64,000 nt of DNA from Brevibacterium luteolum (GTDB lineage Bacteria > Actinomycetota > Actinomycetes > Actinomycetales > Brevibacteriaceae): contig NZ_JABEMC010000001.1 in the NCBI RefSeq assembly GCF_013004595.1, positions 496,001 through 560,000 on the forward strand. Direction: 5' to 3'. Below, piece after piece: positions 52,888 to 61,774 of this stretch. The notes under the pieces are model-generated. The model was not told the origin of the DNA, ran no database searches, and was given only the letters and a program-made list of their open reading frames with translations. The translations under genes and the position numbers were made by a program. Each line of letters opens with the position of its first letter. Within the stretch, counting starts at the first letter, position 1.

Positions 52888-54285
52888 ATGCCGATCACCC
52901 ATGACCGCGCCACCGCCTCGGAGGCGCCGACAGCTGACGAAGTCCTCGCCACCCTGCCGTGGAAGTGGCACACGCAGGGCGCCATCTTCATCATCGGCGG
53001 CCTGGGCTTCATGTTCGATGCCTGGGACGTCGCCCTCAACGGCTTCCTCATCCCTCTGCTGTCCGACCACTGGAACCTCACCATCGGCCAGGCCGCCTGG
53101 ATCGCCACCGCCAACCTCATCGGCATGGCCCTCGGCGCCGTCGTGTGGGGCGGCATCGCCGACCGCATCGGCCGCAAGCGCGCTTTCACACTGACCCTGC
53201 TGTTCTTCTCCCTGTTCACCATCGCCGGAGCCTTCGCTCCGAACATCGGCCTGTTCCTCGCCTTCCGCTTCCTCGCAGGCTTCGGACTGGGTGGTGCGAT
53301 CCCGGTCGACTACGCCCTCGTCGGCGAGTTCACGCCACGCAAGCACCGCGGCCGCGTGCTCACTGCGATGGACGGCTGGTGGCCGATCGGCGTGACCCTG
53401 TGCGCCTTCGTCTCAGCCTGGATCCTCGACTTCGGCGACTGGCGCCACATCATGCTCGTCATGGTGCTTCCGGCCCTGCTCATCGTCTTTGTGCGCCTGT
53501 TCATCCCCGAATCGCCCAAGTACCTCATGGCCGCCGGCCGCCAGGACGAAGCCGACGCAGTGCTCACCCGCCTCATCGAGCGCACAGGCAGCCCGGTCAC
53601 CGAATGGCGTCACGACGCCATCGAACCGCTGCCCCCGCGCAAGGGCCTGGGCGAATCGCTCTCGGCTGCCTCGGGCCAGATCGCCGAACTGTGGCGCTAC
53701 TCCGCCCGCATCACCATCACCGCCTGGCTGCTGTTCGTCTCCGTGCTGCTGCTGTACTACGCGGCCCTGACCTGGCTGCCGAAGATCCTGCGCGAACAGG
53801 GTCTGGGCGACCAGGCCGCCTTCCTCCTCACCGGCCAGATGACCGCGATCGGCATCCTCGGTGTCATCGTCTCTGTCGTGCTCATCGAGACCACCGGACG
53901 CAAGTGGATGCTTGGGACCACCTCGCTGGTGGCCGCAGCGGCCCTCGTCGTCTTCGCCATCTCGCTGGGCCAATCCGGTGCAGAGCTCAACCTGCTCGCC
54001 AAGGTCAGCATCCTCGCCTTCGGCTTCTTCATCCAGATGGCTGTCCCGGCGCTGTACACCTACGTCTCCGAGCTCTACCCCACCCGCCTGCGTGGCTCCG
54101 GCTTCGGCTGGGCGTCCTCGGCCTCCCGGGTGGCCACCGGCATCGCCCCGATGATCTTCGGCTCCATCATGTGGCCGCTGCTCGGCCTGACCTGGACGTT
54201 CGTCCTCACCGGTGCGCTCGCCGTCGTCGCCGTGACGGTCATGGCTATCTTCGCCCACGAGACCACTGGCCGTGAGGTCGGCTGA
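52888..54285 (+). CDS. MFS transporter (aromatic acid:H+ symporter/sugar porter-like)
   Basis: GFMFDAWD, ADRIGRK, EFTP..HRG, PESP, ELYPT.LRG; TACGAT 7 nt before ATG 52888. Confidence 0.92.
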   Translation: MPITHDRATASEAPTADEVLATLPWKWHTQGAIFIIGGLGFMFDAWDVALNGFLIPLLSDHWNLTIGQAAWIATANLIGMALGAVVWGGIADRIGRKRAFTLTLLFFSLFTIAGAFAPNIGLFLAFRFLAGFGLGGAIPVDYALVGEFTPRKHRGRVLTAMDGWWPIGVTLCAFVSAWILDFGDWRHIMLVMVLPALLIVFVRLFIPESPKYLMAAGRQDEADAVLTRLIERTGSPVTEWRHDAIEPLPPRKGLGESLSAASGQIAELWRYSARITITAWLLFVSVLLLYYAALTWLPKILREQGLGDQAAFLLTGQMTAIGILGVIVSVVLIETTGRKWMLGTTSLVAAAALVVFAISLGQSGAELNLLAKVSILAFGFFIQMAVPALYTYVSELYPTRLRGSGFGWASSASRVATGIAPMIFGSIMWPLLGLTWTFVLTGALAVVAVTVMAIFAHETTGREVG

Positions 54286-54290
54286 CCGGT

Positions 54291-54339
54291 CCCGAGGCGC
54301 GGGTTCCGTTTCCGAGGCGTGGGCCCCGTGCCCGAGGTG
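54291..54339 (-). repeat. Three tandem variants of the motif (20-nt period)
   Basis: cccgaggcg 54291, tccgaggcg 54311, cccgaggtg 54331. Confidence 0.75.
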
Positions 54340-54403
54340 CGTTCCGTCTCGGCTGTGGCCGGCACCACAGCAGGAGGCGGCCGAAGCGCGATAGCGTGGA
54401 AGT

Positions 54404-55471
54404 ATGAGCAGCTTCCACGCAGAGCACAAGGTCGTCGGCGGCAAACTCGTCGTCGCCGACATCGACACCGACGGTCAGGCGATCACCGCCGCGAAGATCT
54501 CCGGGGACTTCTTCCTCGAGCCCGAAGACGCCTACTTTTCCATCGGCCCGGCCCTGACCGGCGCACCGGTCTCCGCGACCCGCGACGAACTCATCGCCCG
54601 ACTCGATGCTGCGCTCGCCGCGTTCGGCGATTCCCTGCAGCTGCACGGGTTCTCCACCGGCGACATCGCCACCGTCGTCCGCCGGGCCCTGACCCAGGCG
54701 GCGAATTTCACCGACTTCGACTGGAAGGTCATCCACGGCCCCGTCCTGCCCAGCCGCATCAACGTCGCCCTCGACGAAGTGCTGCTCACCGAGGTCGACG
54801 CCGGCAACCGGCAGCCGACCCTGCGGTTCTGGGAATGGGAGGACAGGGCCACCGTCATCGGCTCCTTTCAGTCCTATGTCAACGAGCTGCGCCCCGAGGG
54901 TGTCGAACGCCACGGCATCGACGTCGTGCGGCGGATCTCCGGCGGGGGAGCGATGTTCATGGAGGGAGGCAACTGCGTGACGTACTCGATGTACGTCCCC
55001 GACACCCTCATCGCAGGCCTCGACTACGCCGAGTCCTACGCGTTTCTCGACCGCTGGGTCATCGCTGCGCTCGCCCGCGAAGGCGTCGACGCCTGGTACC
55101 AGCCGATCAACGACATCACCTCCACCGGCGGCAAGATCGGTGGAGCCGCCCAGCGGCGCCTCACCTCGGGAACGGTGCTGCACCACGCGACGATGAGCTA
55201 CGACATCGATGCCGACAAGATGGTCGAAGTGCTGCGCATCGGCGAGGCGAAGATGTCGGACAAGGGCGTGCGCAGCGCCAAGAAGCGCGTCGACCCGCTC
55301 AGGCGTCAGACCGGGTCGAGCCGCGAGCACATCATCGAGACCATGATCGAAACGTTCACAAGCATGTACGGTGCTGAACGCGACACCGTCACCGAGGCTG
55401 AACTCGCCCGCGCCGAAGAGCTCGTGCAGACCAAGTTCGGCACCGAGAAGTGGACGCATCGGGTGCCGTAG
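54404..55471 (+). CDS. lplA: Lipoate-protein ligase A (accessory domain N-terminal)
   Basis: KVVGGKLV..GDFFLEP, RRISGGGAM, NDI..GKIGGAAQ, HHATMSY. Confidence 0.9.
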   Translation: MSSFHAEHKVVGGKLVVADIDTDGQAITAAKISGDFFLEPEDAYFSIGPALTGAPVSATRDELIARLDAALAAFGDSLQLHGFSTGDIATVVRRALTQAANFTDFDWKVIHGPVLPSRINVALDEVLLTEVDAGNRQPTLRFWEWEDRATVIGSFQSYVNELRPEGVERHGIDVVRRISGGGAMFMEGGNCVTYSMYVPDTLIAGLDYAESYAFLDRWVIAALAREGVDAWYQPINDITSTGGKIGGAAQRRLTSGTVLHHATMSYDIDADKMVEVLRIGEAKMSDKGVRSAKKRVDPLRRQTGSSREHIIETMIETFTSMYGAERDTVTEAELARAEELVQTKFGTEKWTHRVP

Positions 55472-55508
55472 ACTGACCCCAAGCCCGCCACGTCACCGAA
55501 GGAGCACC

Positions 55509-56294
55509 GTGCGCCACGTCGAACCCTCCGCCACGCTCATCGCCCGTCCCCAGATCGACTGGGAGGCCATCAACACCTACCTCGCCGACGTCGGCGGCAG
55601 CTCCTGGTCTGAGCGCGTCGCAGACGCCGACAGCCCTGATGGCGAGGATCTCGTCGAGTTCTCCGGCCGCATGTGCTACCGCTCCTGGGAGCCGGGACTC
55701 AACCCCAATGTCGGGCGCGTGCGCACGGACTCGGCCCAATACCTCGGCAACGTCATCTCCTCGCAGCACGGTTCGGTGCTCGAACACGCCAACTACACCT
55801 TCGTGCTGCACAACGTCTCCCGCGTGCTCACGCACGAGCTCATCCGGCACCGCGCCGGCTGCGCGTACTCGCAGGAGTCGCTGCGCTATGTGCGCCTGGA
55901 GCAGATCCCCTTCTGGTTCCCTGAGTGGGCGCGCGAAGACGAGGAGCTGATGGAACGCTGCCTGGCCGTTCTCGACACGCTCGAAGAGCACCAGAAGTGG
56001 ATGAGCGAGCATTTCAAGCTCGATGAGGAGGGCACGAAGTTCGCGCACAAGAAGCACATGACCTCCTTCATGCGCCGCTTCGCCCCTGAGGGACTGGGCA
56101 CCGGCATCGTCTACACGGCGAACCTGCGCTCCCTGCGCCACGTCATCGAGATGCGCACCGCTCCTGGTGCCGAGGAGGAGATCCGGCTGGTGTTCGGCAA
56201 GATCGCTGAGATCATGCAGGCCGAGGCGCCGGCGATCTTCGCTGACTACTCGATCGAAGACGGAGCCTGGCTGCCCGGCACCCGCAAGGCCTGA
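55509..56294 (+). CDS. thyX: FAD-dependent thymidylate synthase
   Basis: GRMCYRS, HGSVLEH, ELIRHRxxxxSQESLRY, NLRSLRH..MR; GGAG RBS. Confidence 0.93.
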   Translation: MRHVEPSATLIARPQIDWEAINTYLADVGGSSWSERVADADSPDGEDLVEFSGRMCYRSWEPGLNPNVGRVRTDSAQYLGNVISSQHGSVLEHANYTFVLHNVSRVLTHELIRHRAGCAYSQESLRYVRLEQIPFWFPEWAREDEELMERCLAVLDTLEEHQKWMSEHFKLDEEGTKFAHKKHMTSFMRRFAPEGLGTGIVYTANLRSLRHVIEMRTAPGAEEEIRLVFGKIAEIMQAEAPAIFADYSIEDGAWLPGTRKA

Positions 56295-56342
56295 CCGATT
56301 CCGATGTGCTGACCACCTTCTGACCTGGGATAAGGAGCCGCC

Positions 56343-56939
56343 ATGGCACAGCTATACGATGCACAACTCTCACCCGGCAAGCTCGAACTCGTCCAGACCT
56401 GGCTGCCGAGCCAGGAGTGGTCCGGCCTCGACGCCGAGGTGCCGCTGGAGGTCGTGACGAGCTACCGGTTCGACGATCCGGCCGGCGAGGTCGGCATCGA
56501 GATGCACCTCGTGCGCGCCGCCGACGATGCCGATGGGCCGATCTACCAGGTGCCCGTCACGTACCGGGGTGCCCCGCTTGAGGGCGCCGAGGACGCGCTC
56601 ATCACAACGATGGAACATTCGGTGCTCGGTAAACGCTGGGTCTACGACGCCGTGGCCGACCCGGTGTTCGTCGAGCAGGCCCGCCGCACCATCGCCGAGG
56701 CGGACACCTCGGCTGAGGAGATCATCGTCGACGGCGACAACCCCGGTCCGCGCACTGACATCGCCGACGCCCGCGGCACCGGCTGGGATGCCGCAATCAA
56801 GGCCGTCGAGGAAGCCGACCTCAACGTCACCCGTCTCCTGGAAGCCGATCAGCTCGCCGGCGCCGAGACCGGCCCCGGCATGCTCATGGCGACGTGGGAC
56901 GGGCAGCCCGAGCCGGTCGAGCTCATGCGTCTGGTCTGA
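56343..56939 (+). CDS. Maltokinase N-terminal cap-like domain protein
   Basis: KLELV..WL, YRFDDPAGEVGIE, QVPVTYRGAPL, EHSVLGKRWVYDA. Confidence 0.8.
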   Translation: MAQLYDAQLSPGKLELVQTWLPSQEWSGLDAEVPLEVVTSYRFDDPAGEVGIEMHLVRAADDADGPIYQVPVTYRGAPLEGAEDALITTMEHSVLGKRWVYDAVADPVFVEQARRTIAEADTSAEEIIVDGDNPGPRTDIADARGTGWDAAIKAVEEADLNVTRLLEADQLAGAETGPGMLMATWDGQPEPVELMRLV

Positions 56940-56972
56940 CAGCAGCCGCATGAACTGAGTTTCCGCACAACA

Positions 56973-57013
56973 GACCGCGGGCGCGTGAGATCGGCTCTCA
57001 CGCGCCCGCGGTC
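56973..57013. terminator. 18-bp hairpin between convergent genes (bidirectional terminator)
   Basis: gaccgcgggcgcgtgaga-tcggc-tctcacgcgcccgcggtc. Confidence 0.8.
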
Positions 57014-57037
57014 GTCGTCAGTCAGGCCTGGTGCGCC

Positions 57038-57781
57038 TCAGTGACGCGGCGGGATCTCGTTGCCGTTCTCGTCGAAGCGCGGCTCCTGAACATCCCGGCC
57101 CTGCGGGTCGAGTCCCTGGCCGTGATCATGACCCTGCCCACGCGGATCGAACTCCTGTCCCTGTGCGCGAGCATCGTGCTCGTGCGCACTCGGTGCGGCG
57201 TGATCATCGTGCTGACGGTGGCCATCACGGCCCAGCTCGTCGCGTCCGAGTCCGTCGTGGTGGCGATCGTCATGGGCGAGTCCGTCGTGGTGGCGGTCGT
57301 GGTCGCGGCCATCATGACCGTGGTCGTCACGTCGGGCAGCGCCAGTGGCACCGGCAGCACCAGCGCCCGCGGCACCAGCCGTCCCGGCGGCTGAGCGCTT
57401 TCCGGACTTCTCATCGAAATCGGGATCGAGCTCATTGGCCTTGGCCTCGCGGCGCTTGAGCTCCTCGCGCTCAGCGGCCAGCTGCTCCTCTTCGCGGTTG
57501 ATGGTGCTTTCCTTGCGGTCGGCCTCCAGACGGGCCTTCTCAGCTTCAAGTCGACGATTCTCAACATCGAGCTCGCGCTGACGGACGTCGATGTCGTGCT
57601 GCTTGTTCTCCTCGCGGAGCTGCTCGGCCTCACGACGCTGCTGTTCGCGGCGGCGCTCCTCCTCGATCCGCTTCTGTTCTTCCTTCTTCTTCGATGCCTT
57701 CATCAGCGCGGCGACGATCGCAATGATGATGATGACGCCGATGACTGCGGCGATGATGAGGAGCAAGGTCTGATTGTCCAT
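57038..57781 (-). CDS. Membrane-anchored coiled-coil protein with His/Asp-rich tail
   Basis: N-terminal TM, E/R/K coiled coil, (H)DDRHHDGL-type repeats; GGAGG RBS. Confidence 0.8.
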   Translation of the reverse strand: MDNQTLLLIIAAVIGVIIIIAIVAALMKASKKKEEQKRIEEERRREQQRREAEQLREENKQHDIDVRQRELDVENRRLEAEKARLEADRKESTINREEEQLAAEREELKRREAKANELDPDFDEKSGKRSAAGTAGAAGAGAAGATGAARRDDHGHDGRDHDRHHDGLAHDDRHHDGLGRDELGRDGHRQHDDHAAPSAHEHDARAQGQEFDPRGQGHDHGQGLDPQGRDVQEPRFDENGNEIPPRH

Positions 57782-58008
57782 GAGATGTCCCTCCGTCAAG
57801 GAGACTTGGTGCCTCCACTGCCACCAGCATAGTCCTCTGACCAGGAGATGTAACGGGTTTCACTGCACCGGGTGCAGGCATTCCGCCAGACGCCGGGCCA
57901 GGGCGCAGATGAGGGACGACACTGGCTGCACGCGCGAATCCTTGGAACCAGCGCGTGTCCGCAACCGGTCGATTCCCAGCCCCGAGCCCAGCGCGCGGCA
58001 ATACAGCG

Positions 58009-58947
58009 TCAGCTGAGCGGTTCGATTCCGACGGCGGCCAGCGCATCGAGCAGCTCGATGCGCAGCCGCTGGGCGCGCTGACTGAACACCTGCTGCCGAC
58101 GCATGTACTCAGCCTTGCCGGCGGCCGTCTCAATCGCTACGACCCCGTAGCCCCACGCCCGCACGTCATACGGGCTGGCCTCCATGTCAAGCGTCCGGAT
58201 ATCGCGGGCGAGATCGAACGCGTTGACGATCACCTGCGAGGGCACGATCGGCCCGAGCTTCATCGCCCACTTGTACAGATCCATCCCGGCGTGCAGACAG
58301 CCCGGCTGCTCCATCGACACCATCGTCTTCCGCTCCGGCGTGAGTGTGTTCAGCGGCCGGGCGGCCGGAGTGAAGAACCGGAACGCATCGAAATGCGAAC
58401 ACTGGATCCGATGGGATTCGACGACCCTGTCGGTCTCCGTCTGGCTCAGCCGCAGCGGCACCTGCTCATGCCGGTGCTCATCAGCTGGCTGCCGGTAGAC
58501 CATCGCCCATTCGTGCAGCCCGAAGCAGCCCAGCTGCGCCTCCCGATCCAGAGTTGCCGCAAGCAGGTTCGCGATGAACTGCGCGCCCTCACCCCGGTCG
58601 GCCTTCCAGGCCGGGACGTCGACGAAAGCAACATTGCCTGCGACCGTCCACCAGCGGCGGGCGAACTGCTCACGATCTGCCGCCTCGGGGGCGGCGAGCC
58701 CGATCCCGGCGCCGGGCTGGTAGCGGGCCACCTGTGCAGGAGTGAAGGGATAGTAGGTGAAGAGGAAGTCCTCGACCGGGTGCTTCTCGCCGCGGGCCCG
58801 GCGCGCCAGATGGGCGCCCATCCGCTCTTCGACTGCGGCGGCGAGCTCGGCGGCGGCAGCCTTCCAGGTGGCAGCGTCGATGACCGTCTCGGGCGCAGGA
58901 GTCGCAGCCGAGCCGGAGGTGGAGGCAGGGGTGGTGTCGGTGTGCAT
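58009..58947 (-). CDS. Conserved actinobacterial protein (commonly labelled 3-methyladenine DNA glycosylase-like)
   Basis: KHPVEDFLFTYY, GCFGLHEWAMVY, CSHFDAFRFF, EQPGCLHAGMDLYKW. Confidence 0.8.
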   Translation of the reverse strand: MHTDTTPASTSGSAATPAPETVIDAATWKAAAAELAAAVEERMGAHLARRARGEKHPVEDFLFTYYPFTPAQVARYQPGAGIGLAAPEAADREQFARRWWTVAGNVAFVDVPAWKADRGEGAQFIANLLAATLDREAQLGCFGLHEWAMVYRQPADEHRHEQVPLRLSQTETDRVVESHRIQCSHFDAFRFFTPAARPLNTLTPERKTMVSMEQPGCLHAGMDLYKWAMKLGPIVPSQVIVNAFDLARDIRTLDMEASPYDVRAWGYGVVAIETAAGKAEYMRRQQVFSQRAQRLRIELLDALAAVGIEPLS

Positions 58948-58970
58948 CGTCTGCCCATTGTCGCAGACGC

Positions 58971-61553
58971 TCAGCGGCCTGAGCGCTTGGTGCCGCGGGC
59001 AGGTGGGGCGGTGAGCGGATCCTCCGGCCACGGATGCTTGATGTAGCGGCCGCGGTTCTCTGCCCGCACGCCCGGGTAACCCTGCTGCCAGAATGAGGCG
59101 AGATCGGCGGTGACCGCCAGCGGCCGGCCGGCAGGGGAGAGCAGGTGCATAAGCACTGGCACTTGTCGGTCGCAGATGACCGGACTCGCCTGCCAGCCGA
59201 AGCACTCCTGCAGCTTGACCGCCAGCACCGGAGCGGCGATCTCGACACCGGCAGGGTCCGCGTCGTTGTCACCGTGGTCCTCCGGTGCCGGATACCGCAG
59301 CCGCACATTGGAGCCGCTCGGTACACCGATGCGCTCCGGCGCCAGTTCGTCGAACCGGCCGGCCTCCGGCCACGGCAGCAGATTGCGCAGGGCAGACGTC
59401 CAATCGATTCCCGTCGCCGAGGCACCGGCCGCCACCCGGGTCAGCTCGCCATGGCACCATTCTGCGAGCCCGGACTCAAGAGCAGCGAAACGGACATCGG
59501 GCCAGGGTGCGCCGAACACGGCATGCAGCAGCCCGAGCCGGCCGCGCAGTTGCGCGAACCCGGGATTCTCACCGATCACCTCGCGAAGCCCGCGCTCGCG
59601 GATGAACGCGGCCACCGCCTCGGCGCCGGCATCCGGGTCTGCCTTCACCGGAGTCGCCGACAGCTCGATCGCCCCGAGGCGCTCGATGCGGCGGGCTGAG
59701 AGCTTCCGGCCGTCGAAGCGCGTGGCCGTCTCGGTGACGTAGAGGTCGGCGGCGAGCAACTCGGCAGTCTCCCGGTCGAGCGGGGCGGCCGCTCGGATGA
59801 GGGCGCGCTGGCCGGCGAGGGACACCTCGGCGACGGCGAGCCATTCGTGGCCGCAGATCCGGGCCTCGCGCGGCAGGGTGGCGCCGGTGCCGGAGGTGAG
59901 CAGGTACTCGTCTTCGCTGCCGGGCCGCAACCGGGCGATCCGGTCAGGATAGGCCAGCGCGATGACGGTGGCCACCGCCTCGTCGAGCGGCACCGGACCC
60001 GAGGCGATCGCGCCGGTTTCTGTGTCCTCGCCGGTGTCTTCTCCGGTGGTCTCGGCCAGGATCCGGGCGAGCCGGGCGGTCTCCCGGGTGTACGTGCGCG
60101 GGGATGCGCGGCGCAGCTGCCGGACGGCGGCAACCGCGTCGGCACCCGGGCAGCGCAGATCCGAGGCCAAGGCGGCGACCACCTCGGCGGCGGCCGCGGT
60201 GCCGATGAATGCTGCGCCGTCGAGCAGGCCGCGGGCCATGCGCGGGTCGGTGGGAATCCGGGCGAGCTGCCGGCCGCGGGCTGTCGCGGTTCCGGTGTCG
60301 TCGAGCGCGCCGAGCAGCCGCAGCGTCTCAGCAGCCTGGGCAGCCGGGCGATCCGGCAGCGGGTCGGGCAGTTTCAGGCCGCGACCGAACGGCGCGCCCC
60401 AGCAGGCCAGGTCGAGGACAGCGGAGGTGAGATCGGCGGTGCGGACCTCCGGCGGGGTGTGCGCTGGCAGCGCGGCACAGTCGGCTTCGCTCAGTGCGCG
60501 GATGGCCAGGCCGGGCCCGAGGCGGCCGGCGCGTCCGGCTCGCTGGGTGCAGGCGGCCTTCGAAGCCCGCACGGTGGCAAGGCCAGCGAACCCGCGGCCG
60601 GTGTCGAAGTGCGGCACCCGAGCCAGGCACGAGTCGACCACGATCCGCACACCGGGCACCGTCAGCGCTGACTCCGCAACCGAGGTGGAGACGACGACCC
60701 GGCGGGAGGTCTCCGTGTCCCTGCGCGGGGTGAGGATCGCGTCTTGCTCCGCAGCAGGGGTGAAGCCGGTAAGCACCCGGACATCGGCGGGCACACGGCC
60801 GCGCAGCAGCGAAGCCAGGGCTTCGACGTCGCGGATGGCCGGCATGAATACGAGCGCATCGCCGGAGGCCTCGGTGCGGAGAGCGGACTCGACGAGGTCT
60901 GCCATGTGGGTGAGGAACTCGCGGGTGATTCCGCGGGCATCGATGGGCCGGCCGGGGCCGGACTGGCAGCGGATCTCAACCGGGTGCAGTGACGAGCTGA
61001 CGTTGAGGACCGGGCCGCCGATGAGCTCAGCCCACCGCTCGGCTTCCAGGGTCGCTGACATCGCCACCAGCGTCAGGTCCGCGCGCAGGCCGGTGGCATC
61101 AACCGCGAGGGCGGCGGCGAGATCGGAGTCGAGGTGGCGTTCGTGGACCTCGTCGAGCACGATCGCGGTGACACCCTCAAGCCCGGGGTCGGTGAGCATC
61201 CGGCGCAGCAGCACGCCGGTGGTGACGAACTCGATGCGGGTGGACCGGGAGACCTGCGCATCCTCGCGGACCGTATAGCCGACCGCCTCGCCGAGGCGGG
61301 TGCCGCTCAGCCGCGCGAGCCGGCGGGCAGCCGCCCGGGCGGCCATCCGGCGCGGCTGGGTGACGATGATCCGCCCGGCCGGCAGCAGCTGGGACAGTGC
61401 CGGCGGCACGACAGTGGTCTTGCCGGTGCCCGGCGGTGCGGTGATGACCGCCCGCAGACCGGCAGTCGAACCGGCGTGACGTTCGCCCAGCTGAGGGATG
61501 AGCGCAGCCGCCGGCAGGCCGGAGGCGATGGCGTCGAGGTCGAAGGAGTGCAC
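58971..61553 (-). CDS. hrpB: ATP-dependent helicase HrpB
   Basis: APPGTGKTT, DEVHER, MSAT, QRAGRAGR, LLSPAGRP, GRY.KHPWPEDP. Confidence 0.95.
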   Translation of the reverse strand: MHSFDLDAIASGLPAAALIPQLGERHAGSTAGLRAVITAPPGTGKTTVVPPALSQLLPAGRIIVTQPRRMAARAAARRLARLSGTRLGEAVGYTVREDAQVSRSTRIEFVTTGVLLRRMLTDPGLEGVTAIVLDEVHERHLDSDLAAALAVDATGLRADLTLVAMSATLEAERWAELIGGPVLNVSSSLHPVEIRCQSGPGRPIDARGITREFLTHMADLVESALRTEASGDALVFMPAIRDVEALASLLRGRVPADVRVLTGFTPAAEQDAILTPRRDTETSRRVVVSTSVAESALTVPGVRIVVDSCLARVPHFDTGRGFAGLATVRASKAACTQRAGRAGRLGPGLAIRALSEADCAALPAHTPPEVRTADLTSAVLDLACWGAPFGRGLKLPDPLPDRPAAQAAETLRLLGALDDTGTATARGRQLARIPTDPRMARGLLDGAAFIGTAAAAEVVAALASDLRCPGADAVAAVRQLRRASPRTYTRETARLARILAETTGEDTGEDTETGAIASGPVPLDEAVATVIALAYPDRIARLRPGSEDEYLLTSGTGATLPREARICGHEWLAVAEVSLAGQRALIRAAAPLDRETAELLAADLYVTETATRFDGRKLSARRIERLGAIELSATPVKADPDAGAEAVAAFIRERGLREVIGENPGFAQLRGRLGLLHAVFGAPWPDVRFAALESGLAEWCHGELTRVAAGASATGIDWTSALRNLLPWPEAGRFDELAPERIGVPSGSNVRLRYPAPEDHGDNDADPAGVEIAAPVLAVKLQECFGWQASPVICDRQVPVLMHLLSPAGRPLAVTADLASFWQQGYPGVRAENRGRYIKHPWPEDPLTAPPARGTKRSGR

Positions 61554-61774
61554 GCCTTCAACCTAACGGATCGTCCGGTTGCTAAGCCGGGGGGCCGGCA
61601 GTGAGGCTGCGGAGACTGGCAGTGCCCGGCCCTCCAGAATCCTGCCAATGAGGCAGCTCACTTTTTGTCACTGTCTGCCGAGTGATTCGGAGCAGCCGCC
61701 GCGCATGCTTGTTCAAAGCAGTGAAGTTCTGCCAGACGCGAAGGCGCGTCGGCACACGAGAAGCAGGGGTGAGA

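Noticed and set aside
44473..54339. Tandem motif arrays (44473, 45784, 47170, 52531, 54291) as mini-CRISPR arrays
   Set aside because: Periods of only 18-21 nt, no 25-45 nt unique spacers, 2-7 degenerate units and no cas genes.
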